NCBI GenBank assembly: GCA_902569975.1
Contig: CACFWD010000003.1
Location: 5,596 to 69,595, forward strand
Length of the DNA: 64,000 bases
Direction: 5' to 3'
From: an uncultured Pelagibacteraceae bacterium
Lineage (GTDB): Bacteria > Pseudomonadota > Alphaproteobacteria > Pelagibacterales > Pelagibacteraceae
Part shown: in pieces, positions 33,567-44,663 of the stretch
Numbering within the stretch: the first letter of the stretch is position 1
Layout: each line of letters begins with the position of its first letter
Made by a program: the position numbers and the translations under genes
The notes under the pieces: model-generated
What the model was told of the DNA's origin: nothing
Databases searched by the model: none
Seen by the model: the letters and a program-made list of their open reading frames with translations, nothing else

Positions 33567-34861
33567 AATTATGCATGATTGGCACTGGTTATGTTGGTTT
33601 AGTGAGTGGAGTTTGTTTTTCTGATTTAGGCAATGATGTAATATGTGTTGATAAAGACATAATAAAAATTAACAATTTAAAAAAAGGCATTATTCCTATT
33701 TACGAACCTGGTTTAGAAGAATTAGTTTTAAAAAACTATAAGAATAAAAGACTGAATTTTTCAACAAACTTGAAAGCATCAGTGGAAAAATCAGATATTG
33801 TTTTTATATGCGTAGGAACTCCAACTAAAAAAAATAGCAATAGTGCTGATTTAAGCCAAGTATATACTGCTGCAAAAGAAATATCAAAATCTATCAATAA
33901 ATTTAAAATTATAATTAATAAGTCTACTGTACCTGTAACAACAGGTGATGAGGTTGAAAAAATTATATCTAAAAAAGTTAATAAAAAATTTTTTTCAGTA
34001 GTATCAAATCCTGAATTTTTAAGAGAAGGAGAGGCTATTAGAGATTTTATATATCCTGATAGAGTGGTAGTTGGATCAAATGATAGTAAATCCAAGAGAC
34101 TATTAAAAAGTTTATATTCACCATTAATTTCAAAAGGTGCAAAATTTGTTTCTACAAAAAGAAGAGCAGCTGAATTAATTAAATATGCCTCTAATGCTTT
34201 TTTAGCAACAAAGATTACCTTTATAAATGAAATATCAAATTTATGTGAAAAAACAGGTATAGATATTGAAGATATTTCGATTGGTATTGGATTGGATAAA
34301 AGAATTGGTAGTAGATTTTTGAGAGCTGGACCTGCATACGGTGGATCATGTTTTCCAAAAGATACTAAAGCTTTAGTTTCAACTGCTGATAAATTTAAAA
34401 CTAATTTATCAGTCGTAAAAAGTGTTATTAGATCTAATAATTTAAGATCTGATTTATTATGTAAAAGAGTAAATTTAATTTTGAAAAATAAAATTAAAAA
34501 TAAAGTTGTATCTTTTTTAGGTGTAACTTTTAAAGCAAATACAGATGATATGCGAGACTCGTCTAGCCTAAAATTAATCCCATTTTTATCAAAAAAAGGC
34601 GCTAAAATTAAATATTATGATCCTACCGGATCAAAAAAAGAATTTAACAAATTAAAAAATGTTGAATTTTCTAATTCAACACATGAATCAATCAAAGGGT
34701 CAGATATTGTAATTATACATACAGAATGGAATGATTTTAAATCAATTAATTTCAAAAAATTTTCAAAAAATAAAGAACTTATTATTTATGATATGAGAAA
34801 TATTTATTCTCCCAATAAAATTAAAAAACAAGGTTTAAAATATTTTGGTATTGGAAGATAA
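33563..34861 (+). CDS. ugd: UDP-glucose 6-dehydrogenase
   Basis: GTGYVGL, NPEFLREG, YGGSCFPKD; ATG at 33563 overlaps the galU stop. Confidence 0.95.
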   Translation: MKLCMIGTGYVGLVSGVCFSDLGNDVICVDKDIIKINNLKKGIIPIYEPGLEELVLKNYKNKRLNFSTNLKASVEKSDIVFICVGTPTKKNSNSADLSQVYTAAKEISKSINKFKIIINKSTVPVTTGDEVEKIISKKVNKKFFSVVSNPEFLREGEAIRDFIYPDRVVVGSNDSKSKRLLKSLYSPLISKGAKFVSTKRRAAELIKYASNAFLATKITFINEISNLCEKTGIDIEDISIGIGLDKRIGSRFLRAGPAYGGSCFPKDTKALVSTADKFKTNLSVVKSVIRSNNLRSDLLCKRVNLILKNKIKNKVVSFLGVTFKANTDDMRDSSSLKLIPFLSKKGAKIKYYDPTGSKKEFNKLKNVEFSNSTHESIKGSDIVIIHTEWNDFKSINFKKFSKNKELIIYDMRNIYSPNKIKKQGLKYFGIGR

Positions 34862-34862
34862 T

Positions 34863-35324
34863 TTAATTTAACTCAAATATTGCATCAACTTCAACAGAAA
34901 CACCAAGAGGTAAACTGTTCGTACTTACAGCTGCTCTTGTGTGCATACCTGTATCACCAAAAATTGATACTATTAAATCTGATGCACCATTAATTACCTT
35001 AGGTTGCTCTGTAAATTCATCGGTTGAATTTACAAAGCCAGTTAACTTAACGCATGATTTAATTTTAGATAAGTCATCATTACACGCTTTTTTAGCTTGT
35101 GAAATTATACTTAACGCACATCTTTTTGCAGCATCATAACCTTGATCTGTTGTAAGTTCCTTGCCGATTTTACCTTTTATCAATTCGCCATTATATGAGA
35201 TTGAAATTTGTCCAGAAATATAAAGTAATTTTCCAATAATTTTTGTTGCAACATAATTTCCGACTGGTGCTTTAGCTTCAGGTAATTCTAGATTTAATTC
35301 TAAAATTTTTTTTTCAAAATTCAT
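34863..35324 (-). CDS. RidA/YjgF family protein
   Basis: PVGNYV, LYISGQ, VINGASDL, HTRAAV, VEVDAIF. Confidence 0.92.
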   Translation of the reverse strand: MNFEKKILELNLELPEAKAPVGNYVATKIIGKLLYISGQISISYNGELIKGKIGKELTTDQGYDAAKRCALSIISQAKKACNDDLSKIKSCVKLTGFVNSTDEFTEQPKVINGASDLIVSIFGDTGMHTRAAVSTNSLPLGVSVEVDAIFELN

Positions 35325-35333
35325 ATTTAAGAT

Positions 35334-35468
35334 TTATTTTTTACAAATTAAATCAGCAATTGTATTATTTTCACCTGTGCAAGCTTTTCTTTTGGGCATC
35401 TTTTCTTGAATAGTTGTACAGCTTGCGAGTAAAATTATTAATAAAATAGACGAAATTTTTTTAATCAT
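35334..35468 (-). CDS. Small hypothetical lipoprotein, 44 aa (not in ORF track)
   Basis: MIKKISSILLIILLASCTTIQEKMPKRKACTGENNTIADLICKK. Basic N-region, hydrophobic H-region, lipobox LAS-C. ATG overlaps the topA TGA and the ORF fills the topA-RidA gap. Confidence 0.8.
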   Translation of the reverse strand: MIKKISSILLIILLASCTTIQEKMPKRKACTGENNTIADLICKK

Positions 35469-38047
35469 TTTTTCTTTTTTTTATTTTTCTTATTCTTATC
35501 GTATTCCTTTCTTTTCTCAATTAGAATCAGCGCTTCTTCCATAGTTAGTTCTGTAGGATCTTTTTCCTCAGGAATCGTTGCATTTAAAGATTTATATTTA
35601 ATATAGGGTCCATATTGGCCCTTCATAACTCTGACTGGTTTTTTATCTTCTGGATGTTCTCCCAAATCTTTTATTATTGATGACGAAATTCTTCCTGGTT
35701 TTGCTTCGGCTATTAATGTAATAGCTCTATTTAATCCAATAGAAAAAATTTCTTCCACATTTTCTATTCTAGCTGATTTATTTTCACATTTTAAATAAGG
35801 TCCAAATCTTCCTGTATTTATGGTAATTTCTTTTTGATTTTCTGGATTAATACCAAGTGATTTTGGAAGTGAGCACAAAAATTTAGCTTTTTCTAAATCT
35901 AAACTTTCTAATTCAATACCTTTTGGAATTGATACATTTTTTAGTAGCTCATTTACTTCAGTTTTCTTTTTTTTTGTTTTTTTCCTTTTTTTAGTTTTTT
36001 CCTCTTCAATATTTTCCTCAAGAACTTTCTCATATTGAAGATAAGGACCGAATCTTCCATTTTTTAGAAAAATATCATTTCCATTTTCATGTTTACCAAG
36101 AAATTTTGGTTCTGCTAGTTGAGACTGAGCAGCTGCTTTAGCTTTTGATAATGGTCTAGTAAATTTACATTCTGGATAGTTTGAACATCCAATAAAAGCA
36201 CCACCTCTAAAACTATTTTTTAAACTTAGTGATCCAGTATCACATAATTGACATTTTCTAACTATTTTTCCTTCTTTATCAGTGTCAAATATTAATGCTC
36301 CCAAACTCTCGTTTAATAGATCCAAAACTTCTCTGGTTCTTTTCTCTTTTACTTCTGAAACATTGCTATTAAAATCCTTCCAAAACAACTCTAGAACTGT
36401 TAACCAGCTTTCTTTACCAGAGGTAATATCGTCTAGTTGATCCTCCAGTCCTGCTGTAAAATTATAATCTACATACTTTGAAAATAGTTTTTCCAAAAAT
36501 GCAGAAATTAATTTACCTCTGTCAGTTGGAAAAAATCTTTTATTAACTATTTCTGTATAGCCTCTATTTGCAATTGTTGAAATTATACTTGCATAAGTTG
36601 ATGGCCTTCCAATGCCTAACTCTTCTAATTTTTTAACCAAGCTAGCCTCTGAGTATCGCGGGGGAGGTTGCGTAAAATGCTGCTCGTCAATAAGAGCTTC
36701 TATATTAATTGGTCCTTTTGACATTTCAGGCAAAATTTGCTCATCATCATCTTTACTCTGATTTGAATAGACTTTTAAAAAACCATCAAATTTTAGAACC
36801 GATCCGCTTGATTTACATATGGTTTTACTATCTTCAGATTCGATCGTTATTGTATTTCTATCAAATTTTGCTGTTTCCATTTGTGAAGATAGAGCTCTAG
36901 ACCAAATAAGATTATATAATTTTTGCTGATCAGAACTTAAATACTTTTTTACAGAATCTGGATTTCTATTAATATCAGTCGGTCTTATTGCTTCATGAGC
37001 CTCTTGAGCATTTTTTGCTTTTTTTCCTGAGTAATTATTTGGATTATCTGGCAAATATTCATTTCCATATTCTTTTTTAATAAAATTTCTAAAATCAGAG
37101 ACTGCATCAGCTGATAAATTAGTTCCATCAGTTCTCATGTAAGTAATTAACCCAACTGTATCTCCTTCAATTTCTATTCCTTGATAAAGTTTTTGTGCTA
37201 TTTGCATTGTTCTAGATGCACCGAAACTTAATCTACTTGATGCAACTTGTTGAAGTGTTGACGTAGTAAATGGCCCTGAAGGATTTCTACTGACAACTTT
37301 AGAAGAAATATCAGTTATATTAAATTTTTTGTTCTTAATATTGTCAATTGCTTTTTCAATTTCTTCTTTATTTTTAAATGAAAATTTTTCAATTTTTTCT
37401 CCATCAAGTTGAGAAATACTTGCCGTAATGACACTTTTATTTTTGTCCTGAAAATTAACACTTAAAGTCCAAAATTCCTCAGGCTTAAATAATTCAATTT
37501 CATGTTCTCTTTCGGTAATCAATTTAAGTGCAACAGATTGAACTCTTCCAGCTGATTTTGAACCAGGTAATTTAGTCCACAGAATTGGTGATATATTAAA
37601 TCCCACCAAATAATCTAATGCTCTTCTAGCCATGTATGCATCGACTAATAAGGGCTCTATCTGTCTTGGATTTTCAATACCATGTGTGACGGCTTTTTTT
37701 GTTATTTCATTAAACACTACACGTTCAATTTCTTTATCCTTTAAAAGTTTTTTTTCATCTAAATATTCTTTTACATGCCATGCAATTGCTTCCCCCTCAC
37801 GATCTGGGTCAGTGGCAAGAATTATTTTTGAAGAGTCTTTAGCTGCATCAGTAATTTCTTTGAGATATTTTTTTGAGAAGCTATCAACTTCCCATTCCAT
37901 TTTAAAATTTTGATCAGGATCAACGGATCCATTTTTTGATGGAAGATCTCTTATGTGGCCGTAGCTAGCTAAAACAGTATAGTTATCTCCTAAATATTTA
38001 TTAATTGTTTTCGCTTTAGCGGGGCTTTCAACTATGACTAGATTCAT
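35465..38047 (-). CDS. topA: DNA topoisomerase I
   Basis: IVESPAKAK, DPDREGE, SAGRVQ, LITYMRTD; one Zn ribbon then GRFGPY-type C-terminal repeats. Confidence 0.98.
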   Translation of the reverse strand: MNLVIVESPAKAKTINKYLGDNYTVLASYGHIRDLPSKNGSVDPDQNFKMEWEVDSFSKKYLKEITDAAKDSSKIILATDPDREGEAIAWHVKEYLDEKKLLKDKEIERVVFNEITKKAVTHGIENPRQIEPLLVDAYMARRALDYLVGFNISPILWTKLPGSKSAGRVQSVALKLITEREHEIELFKPEEFWTLSVNFQDKNKSVITASISQLDGEKIEKFSFKNKEEIEKAIDNIKNKKFNITDISSKVVSRNPSGPFTTSTLQQVASSRLSFGASRTMQIAQKLYQGIEIEGDTVGLITYMRTDGTNLSADAVSDFRNFIKKEYGNEYLPDNPNNYSGKKAKNAQEAHEAIRPTDINRNPDSVKKYLSSDQQKLYNLIWSRALSSQMETAKFDRNTITIESEDSKTICKSSGSVLKFDGFLKVYSNQSKDDDEQILPEMSKGPINIEALIDEQHFTQPPPRYSEASLVKKLEELGIGRPSTYASIISTIANRGYTEIVNKRFFPTDRGKLISAFLEKLFSKYVDYNFTAGLEDQLDDITSGKESWLTVLELFWKDFNSNVSEVKEKRTREVLDLLNESLGALIFDTDKEGKIVRKCQLCDTGSLSLKNSFRGGAFIGCSNYPECKFTRPLSKAKAAAQSQLAEPKFLGKHENGNDIFLKNGRFGPYLQYEKVLEENIEEEKTKKRKKTKKKKTEVNELLKNVSIPKGIELESLDLEKAKFLCSLPKSLGINPENQKEITINTGRFGPYLKCENKSARIENVEEIFSIGLNRAITLIAEAKPGRISSSIIKDLGEHPEDKKPVRVMKGQYGPYIKYKSLNATIPEEKDPTELTMEEALILIEKRKEYDKNKKNKKKKK

Positions 38048-38055
38048 AAAATAAC

Positions 38056-38083
38056 AAACTACTCAAAAGAGTTTGATAGTCAA
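38056..38083 (-). promoter_or_regulatory. Putative internal promoter of topA
   Basis: Minus strand TTGACT-N16-TAGTTT ending 8 nt before the topA ATG. Confidence 0.45.
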
Positions 38084-38084
38084 A

Positions 38085-38663
38085 TTAATAAATTTTTGTC
38101 TTAGTTTCTTCTTTATTTTTCAAGCGTTTAATATTTTCCCTGTGGGTAAAAAATATTAAAATAAACATTATTACGTAAAAAAATATATTTTTTAAATCTC
38201 CCAAAATTAAAATATAAACAGGTATAGAAAGCGAACCTACCAAGGAAGCTAAAGATGAATATTTAGAAATAAAAAAAATTATTAACCAACAAATACCAAA
38301 CATTAAACCAAAAATAATATTTAAAGAAAAAAGTATCCCAACATATGTAGCTACACCTTTGCCACCTTTGAATTTTAACCATACTGGAAACACATGACCT
38401 AGAAAGGCACATAAAGCTGATATATAGATCAAATCAGGGAAATTAATTTTTACGTATAAAACAGGTATTACAGCTTTCAAAACATCAAGTATTAGTGTTG
38501 AATAACCAATTAGTTTGTTACCAGTCCTCAAAGCATTTGTTGCACCAATATTACCAGAACCAATTTCTCTAATATCTTTTTTTAAAAATAATTTAGTTAA
38601 AATTAATCCAAAAGGAATTGATCCCATTAGGTATGATATTATACCTATTATAAAAAGTTCCAT
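38085..38663 (-). CDS. plsY: Glycerol-3-phosphate acyltransferase PlsY
   Basis: GSIPFG, GSGNIGATNALR, GHVFP, FKGGKGVAT, HRENIKRL. Confidence 0.97.
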   Translation of the reverse strand: MELFIIGIISYLMGSIPFGLILTKLFLKKDIREIGSGNIGATNALRTGNKLIGYSTLILDVLKAVIPVLYVKINFPDLIYISALCAFLGHVFPVWLKFKGGKGVATYVGILFSLNIIFGLMFGICWLIIFFISKYSSLASLVGSLSIPVYILILGDLKNIFFYVIMFILIFFTHRENIKRLKNKEETKTKIY

Positions 38664-38666
38664 TTT

Positions 38667-39953
38667 TTATATTTTAAATAATTCTACACCTTTTACAAAT
38701 GTATTGGTTACTTTTCCTTGAAGTTTCTTATCTTCAATCGAAGTATTTTTAGATTTAGAGATTAAATTTTCTTTTTTTACAATCCATGGTTTATTGATAT
38801 CTACTATACAAAAATCTGCATCATTACCAATAGACAGGTTTCCTTTGTTTATATTTAATATTTTTGCCGGGTTAGAGGTTAAAGCTTGAATGATAGTTTC
38901 AAGTTTTACAGATCCATTATGAAATAATTCTAAACTTAGAGATAACAATGTTTCAATACCAGATGCACCTGTTGCAGCTTGTGCAAATGTTAATCGTTTA
39001 GATTCTTCATCTTCGGGTTTATGGTCAGAAACAATTACATCAATAGTTTTATCTTTTAATCCTTGAACTAAACCTTCTCTATCTTCTTCTCGTCTAAGTG
39101 GAGGTGATAATTTTAAAAATGTTCTAAAATCTCCGATATCATTTTCATTTAATGAGAGATTATTTATTGATACACCGCAAGTAAATTTAATATTTTGCTT
39201 ACGTTCTTTAATTATATCTACAGATTTTTTAGCTGATAGTTGAGATATATGATATCGACATTTAGTTTTTTCTAACAAGGTAAGATCTCTCTCAATAATA
39301 ATTCTTTCAGCAATATCAGGTATGCTCGATAAGCCTAGTTTTGTTGCTATAATACCAGAGTTAATCATTCCATTTTTAGCCAAATCATAATCTTCAGCAT
39401 GTTGCATTATTAGACATCCTAAATCTTTAGCTGAATTCATAATCCTAGACATTAGTTTTGTATTTTGAATTGTTTTAACCCCATCTGTAAATGCAATAAT
39501 ACCTTTTTTAGCGAGTAAACCAAATTCAGTCATATTAGTACCATCAGTATTCTGAGTTAATGAAGCACATGGAAAAATATTTATTTTAGATTTATCTCTT
39601 CCTCTTCTTTTTAAAAAATCTACAATTGAGACATTGTCTATAATCGGATCTGTATTAGGCATTGTTACAACTGAAGTTACTCCTCCAGACAAAGCTGCAT
39701 TACTTAATGTTCTGAAATTTTCTTTATACTCATATCCTGGCTCACCTACAAAAACTCTCATATCTACTAAACCTGGGAATATATGTTTTCCTTTTAAATC
39801 AATAGGCTTTTCTCTAGTTGGTAAATTGTTTGAATTTACTTTTTTTCCAACAGCTTCAATTTTTCCATCTTCTCCGATGATTAGTCCACCAATTTCATTC
39901 AATGAATTATGAGGATCTATAATATTTGCATTTATAAAGTATTGTTTTTTCAT
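38667..39953 (-). CDS. pyrC: Dihydroorotase-like protein (PyrC', probably catalytically inactive ATCase partner)
   Basis: Amidohydrolase fold (GGVTSV, MPNT, PPLR, SDHKP), but the Zn-binding HxH is replaced by RVF; coupled to pyrB. Confidence 0.88.
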   Translation of the reverse strand: MKKQYFINANIIDPHNSLNEIGGLIIGEDGKIEAVGKKVNSNNLPTREKPIDLKGKHIFPGLVDMRVFVGEPGYEYKENFRTLSNAALSGGVTSVVTMPNTDPIIDNVSIVDFLKRRGRDKSKINIFPCASLTQNTDGTNMTEFGLLAKKGIIAFTDGVKTIQNTKLMSRIMNSAKDLGCLIMQHAEDYDLAKNGMINSGIIATKLGLSSIPDIAERIIIERDLTLLEKTKCRYHISQLSAKKSVDIIKERKQNIKFTCGVSINNLSLNENDIGDFRTFLKLSPPLRREEDREGLVQGLKDKTIDVIVSDHKPEDEESKRLTFAQAATGASGIETLLSLSLELFHNGSVKLETIIQALTSNPAKILNINKGNLSIGNDADFCIVDINKPWIVKKENLISKSKNTSIEDKKLQGKVTNTFVKGVELFKI

Positions 39954-40894
39954 TATTCACAAAATATTTTTAAACATGCCATTCTTACTGCAACACCTAA
40001 TTCAACCTGTTCTTTAATAACACTTTTATTTATGTCATCTGCCAGTCTAGTATCAATTTCAATTCCTCTATTCATTGGACCAGGATGCATAATTAAAGCA
40101 TCTGATTTTGCATGATCAAGTTTATCAGGTGTTAATCCATAGTACTCATAATATTCTCTATTTGATGAAAGATATGAACTAGACATTCTTTCATTTTGCA
40201 ATCTAAGCATCATCACAATGTCACAATCCTTTAGACCTTTTTTCATATCAGTAAAAGCATTTACACCAAACCTTTCAATTTCTTTAGGCATAAGATTTGA
40301 TGGAGCAATTATATTTACTTCTGCACCTAACATTGTAAGAAGATAAATATTTGACCTAGCTACTCTAGAGTGAAGAATATCTCCACATATTGCTATTTTT
40401 AATCCTTCAATTTTTTTTTTTCTATTTCTTATTGTTAATGCATCTAGTAATGCTTGAGTAGGGTGTTCACGCCTTCCATCACCTGCATTTAGCACAACAC
40501 AATTAACTTTTTGAGATAAAAGATTACAAGCACCAGAGTCTTGGTGTCTTATTACGATGATATCCGGGTGCATTGCATTAAGCGTCATTGCTGTATCAAT
40601 TAAAGTTTCACCTTTTTTTATCGCTGAGTTGCTCATATTCATAGACATAACATCTGCACCAAGCCTTTTTCCAGCTAGTTCAAAGGAACTTTGAGTTCTA
40701 GTTGACGGTTCAAAAAATAAATTAATTTGAGTTTTACCTCTTAAAACATCTATCTTTTTATTTTTACTTTGATTTAATTTTATGAAAGCCTCTGACTCAT
40801 CAAGAATATAATTAATATCGTTAATTGATAAATCTTGAATGCCTAGTAAATGTTTTTGAGAAATTTTAATAGCTTTATTGTTTTTGATTGCCAT
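39953..40894 (-). CDS. pyrB: Aspartate carbamoyltransferase catalytic subunit
   Basis: [28 protein letters not shown]; ATG at 40894 preferred over upstream TTG. Confidence 0.97.
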   Translation of the reverse strand: MAIKNNKAIKISQKHLLGIQDLSINDINYILDESEAFIKLNQSKNKKIDVLRGKTQINLFFEPSTRTQSSFELAGKRLGADVMSMNMSNSAIKKGETLIDTAMTLNAMHPDIIVIRHQDSGACNLLSQKVNCVVLNAGDGRREHPTQALLDALTIRNRKKKIEGLKIAICGDILHSRVARSNIYLLTMLGAEVNIIAPSNLMPKEIERFGVNAFTDMKKGLKDCDIVMMLRLQNERMSSSYLSSNREYYEYYGLTPDKLDHAKSDALIMHPGPMNRGIEIDTRLADDINKSVIKEQVELGVAVRMACLKIFCE

Positions 40895-40904
40895 TAAAAC
40901 CAAC

Positions 40905-40933
40905 TCTATAACTATTAATCTCTATAATAGCAA
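40905..40933 (-). promoter_or_regulatory. Putative promoter of pyrB
   Basis: Minus strand TTGCTA-N17-TATAGA, 10 nt before the ATG. Confidence 0.4.
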
Positions 40934-40936
40934 GTA

Positions 40937-41392
40937 TTAATTATTTAAAAAATCTATCGCCCCTTGTAATATAAATGCAGCAGCATTTTCATCTATTTTT
41001 TTTTCTCTTTTACTTACATTAATATCAAGTTGACTAGATAAATTGAAAGCGCCTACAGTTGATAATCTTTCATCCCATAGACAAATAGGTAAATCAATAC
41101 TTTTTTCTATATTATCGGAGGTATCCTTTACAGACTGAGTCGATCTACTTGATGATCCATCCATATTGAGAGGATTTCCTATAATAATCCCTTTTATATT
41201 ATTTTCTTCAATTATAATTTTAAGTTCATTTATCAGCTCTTTAGCCGTAGTTCTGTTTATAGTTTTAAATGGTGTAGCTATTAATTGTTTTTCATCACAT
41301 ATCGACACACCAATTCTTTTAGAGCCGAGATCTAAACCTATTAATCTGGACTTATCTAACTGTTTTTTTTTGAATTCCTCTAAGGTGATCAT
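40937..41392 (-). CDS. ruvX: YqgF/RuvX family pre-16S rRNA nuclease
   Basis: GLDLGSKRIG, GNPLNMDG, WDERLST, AAAFILQ. Confidence 0.95.
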   Translation of the reverse strand: MITLEEFKKKQLDKSRLIGLDLGSKRIGVSICDEKQLIATPFKTINRTTAKELINELKIIIEENNIKGIIIGNPLNMDGSSSRSTQSVKDTSDNIEKSIDLPICLWDERLSTVGAFNLSSQLDINVSKREKKIDENAAAFILQGAIDFLNN

Positions 41393-41442
41393 ATTGTATA
41401 TTTTAAACTTAAGTGATAGTTTGCGACATATTTAAATACCAT

Positions 41443-41730
41443 ATGAGTATAGATCTTAAAACAATAAAACATATATCTAAATTATCAAGAATTTCAGTTG
41501 ATGAAAAAAGAGCTGAAAAATTAGCTGGTGATTTAAATTCAATTTTTGATTTTATTGAAAAACTTAATGAATTAAAAACAGATAATGTTGAACCATTAAC
41601 CTCTGTTGCTGAAACAACACTGAAACTCAGATCTGACGAAGTTAAAAGTAAGAATATTAGAGAGCAAATTGTTAAAAATTCTCCTCAAGATAATGAAGAT
41701 TATTTTGTTGTACCAAAGGTAATTGAATAA
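41443..41730 (+). CDS. gatC: Asp/Glu-tRNA amidotransferase subunit C
   Basis: [18 protein letters not shown]; ATG at 41443. Confidence 0.96.
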   Translation: MSIDLKTIKHISKLSRISVDEKRAEKLAGDLNSIFDFIEKLNELKTDNVEPLTSVAETTLKLRSDEVKSKNIREQIVKNSPQDNEDYFVVPKVIE

Positions 41731-43187
41731 TGTCAGATATAACAAAAAAATCTTTAACAGAATTAGTTGAAAATATTAAAAATAAAAAATTATCATCAAT
41801 GGATGTAACTAAAGCATTCATAGAAAGATCTGAAAAGTCTAAAGAATTAAATGCATATATTACTGAGGATTTTACATCAGCCTTAGATAAAGCAAAAAAA
41901 TTTGATCAAAAACCTAATTTAGATTTAAAACTGCCAGGTATTCCAATGGCTGTTAAAGATTTATTTTGCACAAAAGATGTCAAAACAACTGCTGGTAGTA
42001 AAATTTTAAATAATTTTGTACCAACTTATGAATCGACAGTAACTGAAAATATTTGGAAAGAAGGTGCAATACTTTTAGGTAAATTAAATTGCGATGAATT
42101 TGCAATGGGCTCATCTAATGAAACTAGTTTTTTTGGAAATGTGCAAAATCCTATTGATAAAGACTTAGTCCCAGGTGGTTCATCTGGTGGTTCAGCATCA
42201 GCTGTTGCTGGACAGTTAACTCCTATTACAATTGGAACAGATACAGGTGGATCAATAAGACAGCCAGCTTCTTTTACTGGAACAGTAGGTCTAAAACCTA
42301 CATATGGAAGTTGTTCACGTTATGGAATTGTTGCTTTTGCCTCATCATTAGATCAAGCAGGACCAATGGCACAAAATGTTAAAGATTGTGCTTTACTACA
42401 AGAAGTGGTCAGTACATACGATTCAAAAGACTCTACTTCAATTGATTTTAAAAGAAATCAATACAGCAAAGAACTTACTAACAATATTAAAGGAAAAAAA
42501 ATTGGGATACCAAAAGAATATAGAGTAGATGGAATGCCAAAAGAAATCGAAGATCTTTGGCAAAAAGGAATTCAACATGTAAAAGATTGTGGTGCAGAAA
42601 TAATTGACATATCACTTCCTCATACAAGCTATGCTTTACCAACTTATTATATTGTTGCACCAGCAGAAGCATCTTCGAACCTAGCGAGATACGATGGTGT
42701 TAAGTATGGATTTAGAGCAAATGGTGAAAATTTAATTGATATGTATGAAAAAACTAGGTCTGAAGGCTTTGGTGCTGAAGTTCAAAGAAGAATTATGATT
42801 GGAACATATGTTTTATCATCTGGTTATTATGATGCTTATTATTTAAAAGCTCAAAAGGTAAGAAAATTAATTAAAAACGATTTTGATGAAGCATATAAAA
42901 AAGTTGATGCAATTTTAACCCCTTCAACACCAAGTTCAGCATTTAAAATAGGTGAAAAAACAAATGATCCAGTTTCAATGTATCTTAATGATATATTTAC
43001 AGTCCCAGTAAATTTGGCAGGTTTGCCAGGTATATCAATTCCAGCAGGTCATGACTCAAAAGGCTATCCTTTAGGATTACAAATCATTGGCAAAGCTTTT
43101 GATGAACAAAATATATTAAATATAGCATATGCCATGGAAGAAAAGATAGATTTTAAAAATAAAATTACTGATTGGTGGATTAAATGA
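41730..43187 (+). CDS. gatA: Asp/Glu-tRNA amidotransferase subunit A
   Basis: [28 protein letters not shown]. Confidence 0.98.
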   Translation: MSDITKKSLTELVENIKNKKLSSMDVTKAFIERSEKSKELNAYITEDFTSALDKAKKFDQKPNLDLKLPGIPMAVKDLFCTKDVKTTAGSKILNNFVPTYESTVTENIWKEGAILLGKLNCDEFAMGSSNETSFFGNVQNPIDKDLVPGGSSGGSASAVAGQLTPITIGTDTGGSIRQPASFTGTVGLKPTYGSCSRYGIVAFASSLDQAGPMAQNVKDCALLQEVVSTYDSKDSTSIDFKRNQYSKELTNNIKGKKIGIPKEYRVDGMPKEIEDLWQKGIQHVKDCGAEIIDISLPHTSYALPTYYIVAPAEASSNLARYDGVKYGFRANGENLIDMYEKTRSEGFGAEVQRRIMIGTYVLSSGYYDAYYLKAQKVRKLIKNDFDEAYKKVDAILTPSTPSSAFKIGEKTNDPVSMYLNDIFTVPVNLAGLPGISIPAGHDSKGYPLGLQIIGKAFDEQNILNIAYAMEEKIDFKNKITDWWIK

Positions 43188-44662
43188 GCAAAAATAGTTT
43201 AGAATATTTAATTAATCGAAAAGACAATCAATATGAAGTTATAATTGGTTTAGAAGTTCATGCTCAAGTATTATCTGAGTCAAAACTTTTTTCTGCCTCA
43301 GCTACTAAATTTGGAGCTGAACCAAATACACAGGTAAGTTTAGTTGATGCTGCATTTCCAGGTATGTTACCTGTCATAAACGAATTTTGCGTTAAACAGG
43401 CTATTAAAACCGGAATTGGACTTAATGCAAAAATTAATAAAAGATCTGTGTTTGATAGAAAAAATTATTTTTATGCAGATTTACCTCAAGGATATCAGAT
43501 TTCACAATTTAAAGATCCTATAGTGGGTGAGGGTAAAGTAATTTTAGATATGCCTAATGGGCAAAAAGAAATAGGTATAGAAAGATTACATTTAGAACAA
43601 GATGCAGGAAAAAGTATTCATGATCTTGACCCTCAAAATACTTTTGTAGATTTAAATAGATCGGGTGTAGCTCTAATGGAAATTGTAAGCAAACCTGATC
43701 TCAGATCTCCTGATGAAGTAAGCGCATACATTAAGAAATTAAGATCAATAATGAGATATTTAGGAACATGTGATGGAAATATGCAAGAGGGATCATTAAG
43801 AGCAGACGTTAATGTTTCTGTTAGAGCCAAAGGATCAAAAGAACTTGGAACAAGGTGTGAAATTAAAAACGTAAACTCTATAAAATTTATGCAAATGGCC
43901 ATTGAATATGAAGCAAATAGACAGGTTGATTTAATCGAAGAGGGAAAATCAATTGATCAAGAGACAAGATTATTTGATACTAAAAAAAATGAAACAAGAT
44001 CAATGAGATCAAAAGAAGATGCACATGATTATCGGTATTTCCCAGATCCTGATTTGTTACCTTTAGAGGTGTCTGATCAATTTGTTAATGAACTTAAAAA
44101 AAATATCCCAGAATTACCAGATGATAAAAGGAAAAGATTTATTGATGAATTTAAGTTATCACCATATGAAGCAACTATCTTAGTTTCAGATATCGATACA
44201 GCAAAATATTTTGAAGAAGTTGTAGCTAAAATGGGTAAGAATAAAGATATGAAATTAGCAGTCAACTGGATTACAGGTGAACTATTTGCAGTTTTAAATA
44301 ACAAAAACTTGGAAATTTCTCAAAGCCCAGTAAGTGCAAAGAATTTAGCAATATTAGTTAACTTAATAAAGAATGGAACAATTTCAGGAAAAATTGCAAA
44401 GACTGTATTTGAATTAATGTTGGATGGGGACAAAGATCCTCAAAAAATAGTTGAAGAAAAAGGATTAAAACAACAAAGTGACCCTAAAGCGATAGAAGTT
44501 TTAATTGAAAAAATAATTAATGATAATAGAGAAAAAGCAATTGAATATAAGCAAGGTAAGGAAAAATTATTTGGTTTCTTTGTTGGTCAAGCGATGAAAG
44601 CTTCTGGTGGTAAAGCCAATCCTCAACTTATAAATGAGATACTAAAGAAAAAACTTCAATAG
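43184..44662 (+). CDS. gatB: Asp/Glu-tRNA amidotransferase subunit B
   Basis: [28 protein letters not shown]. Confidence 0.98.
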   Translation: MSKNSLEYLINRKDNQYEVIIGLEVHAQVLSESKLFSASATKFGAEPNTQVSLVDAAFPGMLPVINEFCVKQAIKTGIGLNAKINKRSVFDRKNYFYADLPQGYQISQFKDPIVGEGKVILDMPNGQKEIGIERLHLEQDAGKSIHDLDPQNTFVDLNRSGVALMEIVSKPDLRSPDEVSAYIKKLRSIMRYLGTCDGNMQEGSLRADVNVSVRAKGSKELGTRCEIKNVNSIKFMQMAIEYEANRQVDLIEEGKSIDQETRLFDTKKNETRSMRSKEDAHDYRYFPDPDLLPLEVSDQFVNELKKNIPELPDDKRKRFIDEFKLSPYEATILVSDIDTAKYFEEVVAKMGKNKDMKLAVNWITGELFAVLNNKNLEISQSPVSAKNLAILVNLIKNGTISGKIAKTVFELMLDGDKDPQKIVEEKGLKQQSDPKAIEVLIEKIINDNREKAIEYKQGKEKLFGFFVGQAMKASGGKANPQLINEILKKKLQ

Positions 44663-44663
44663 A

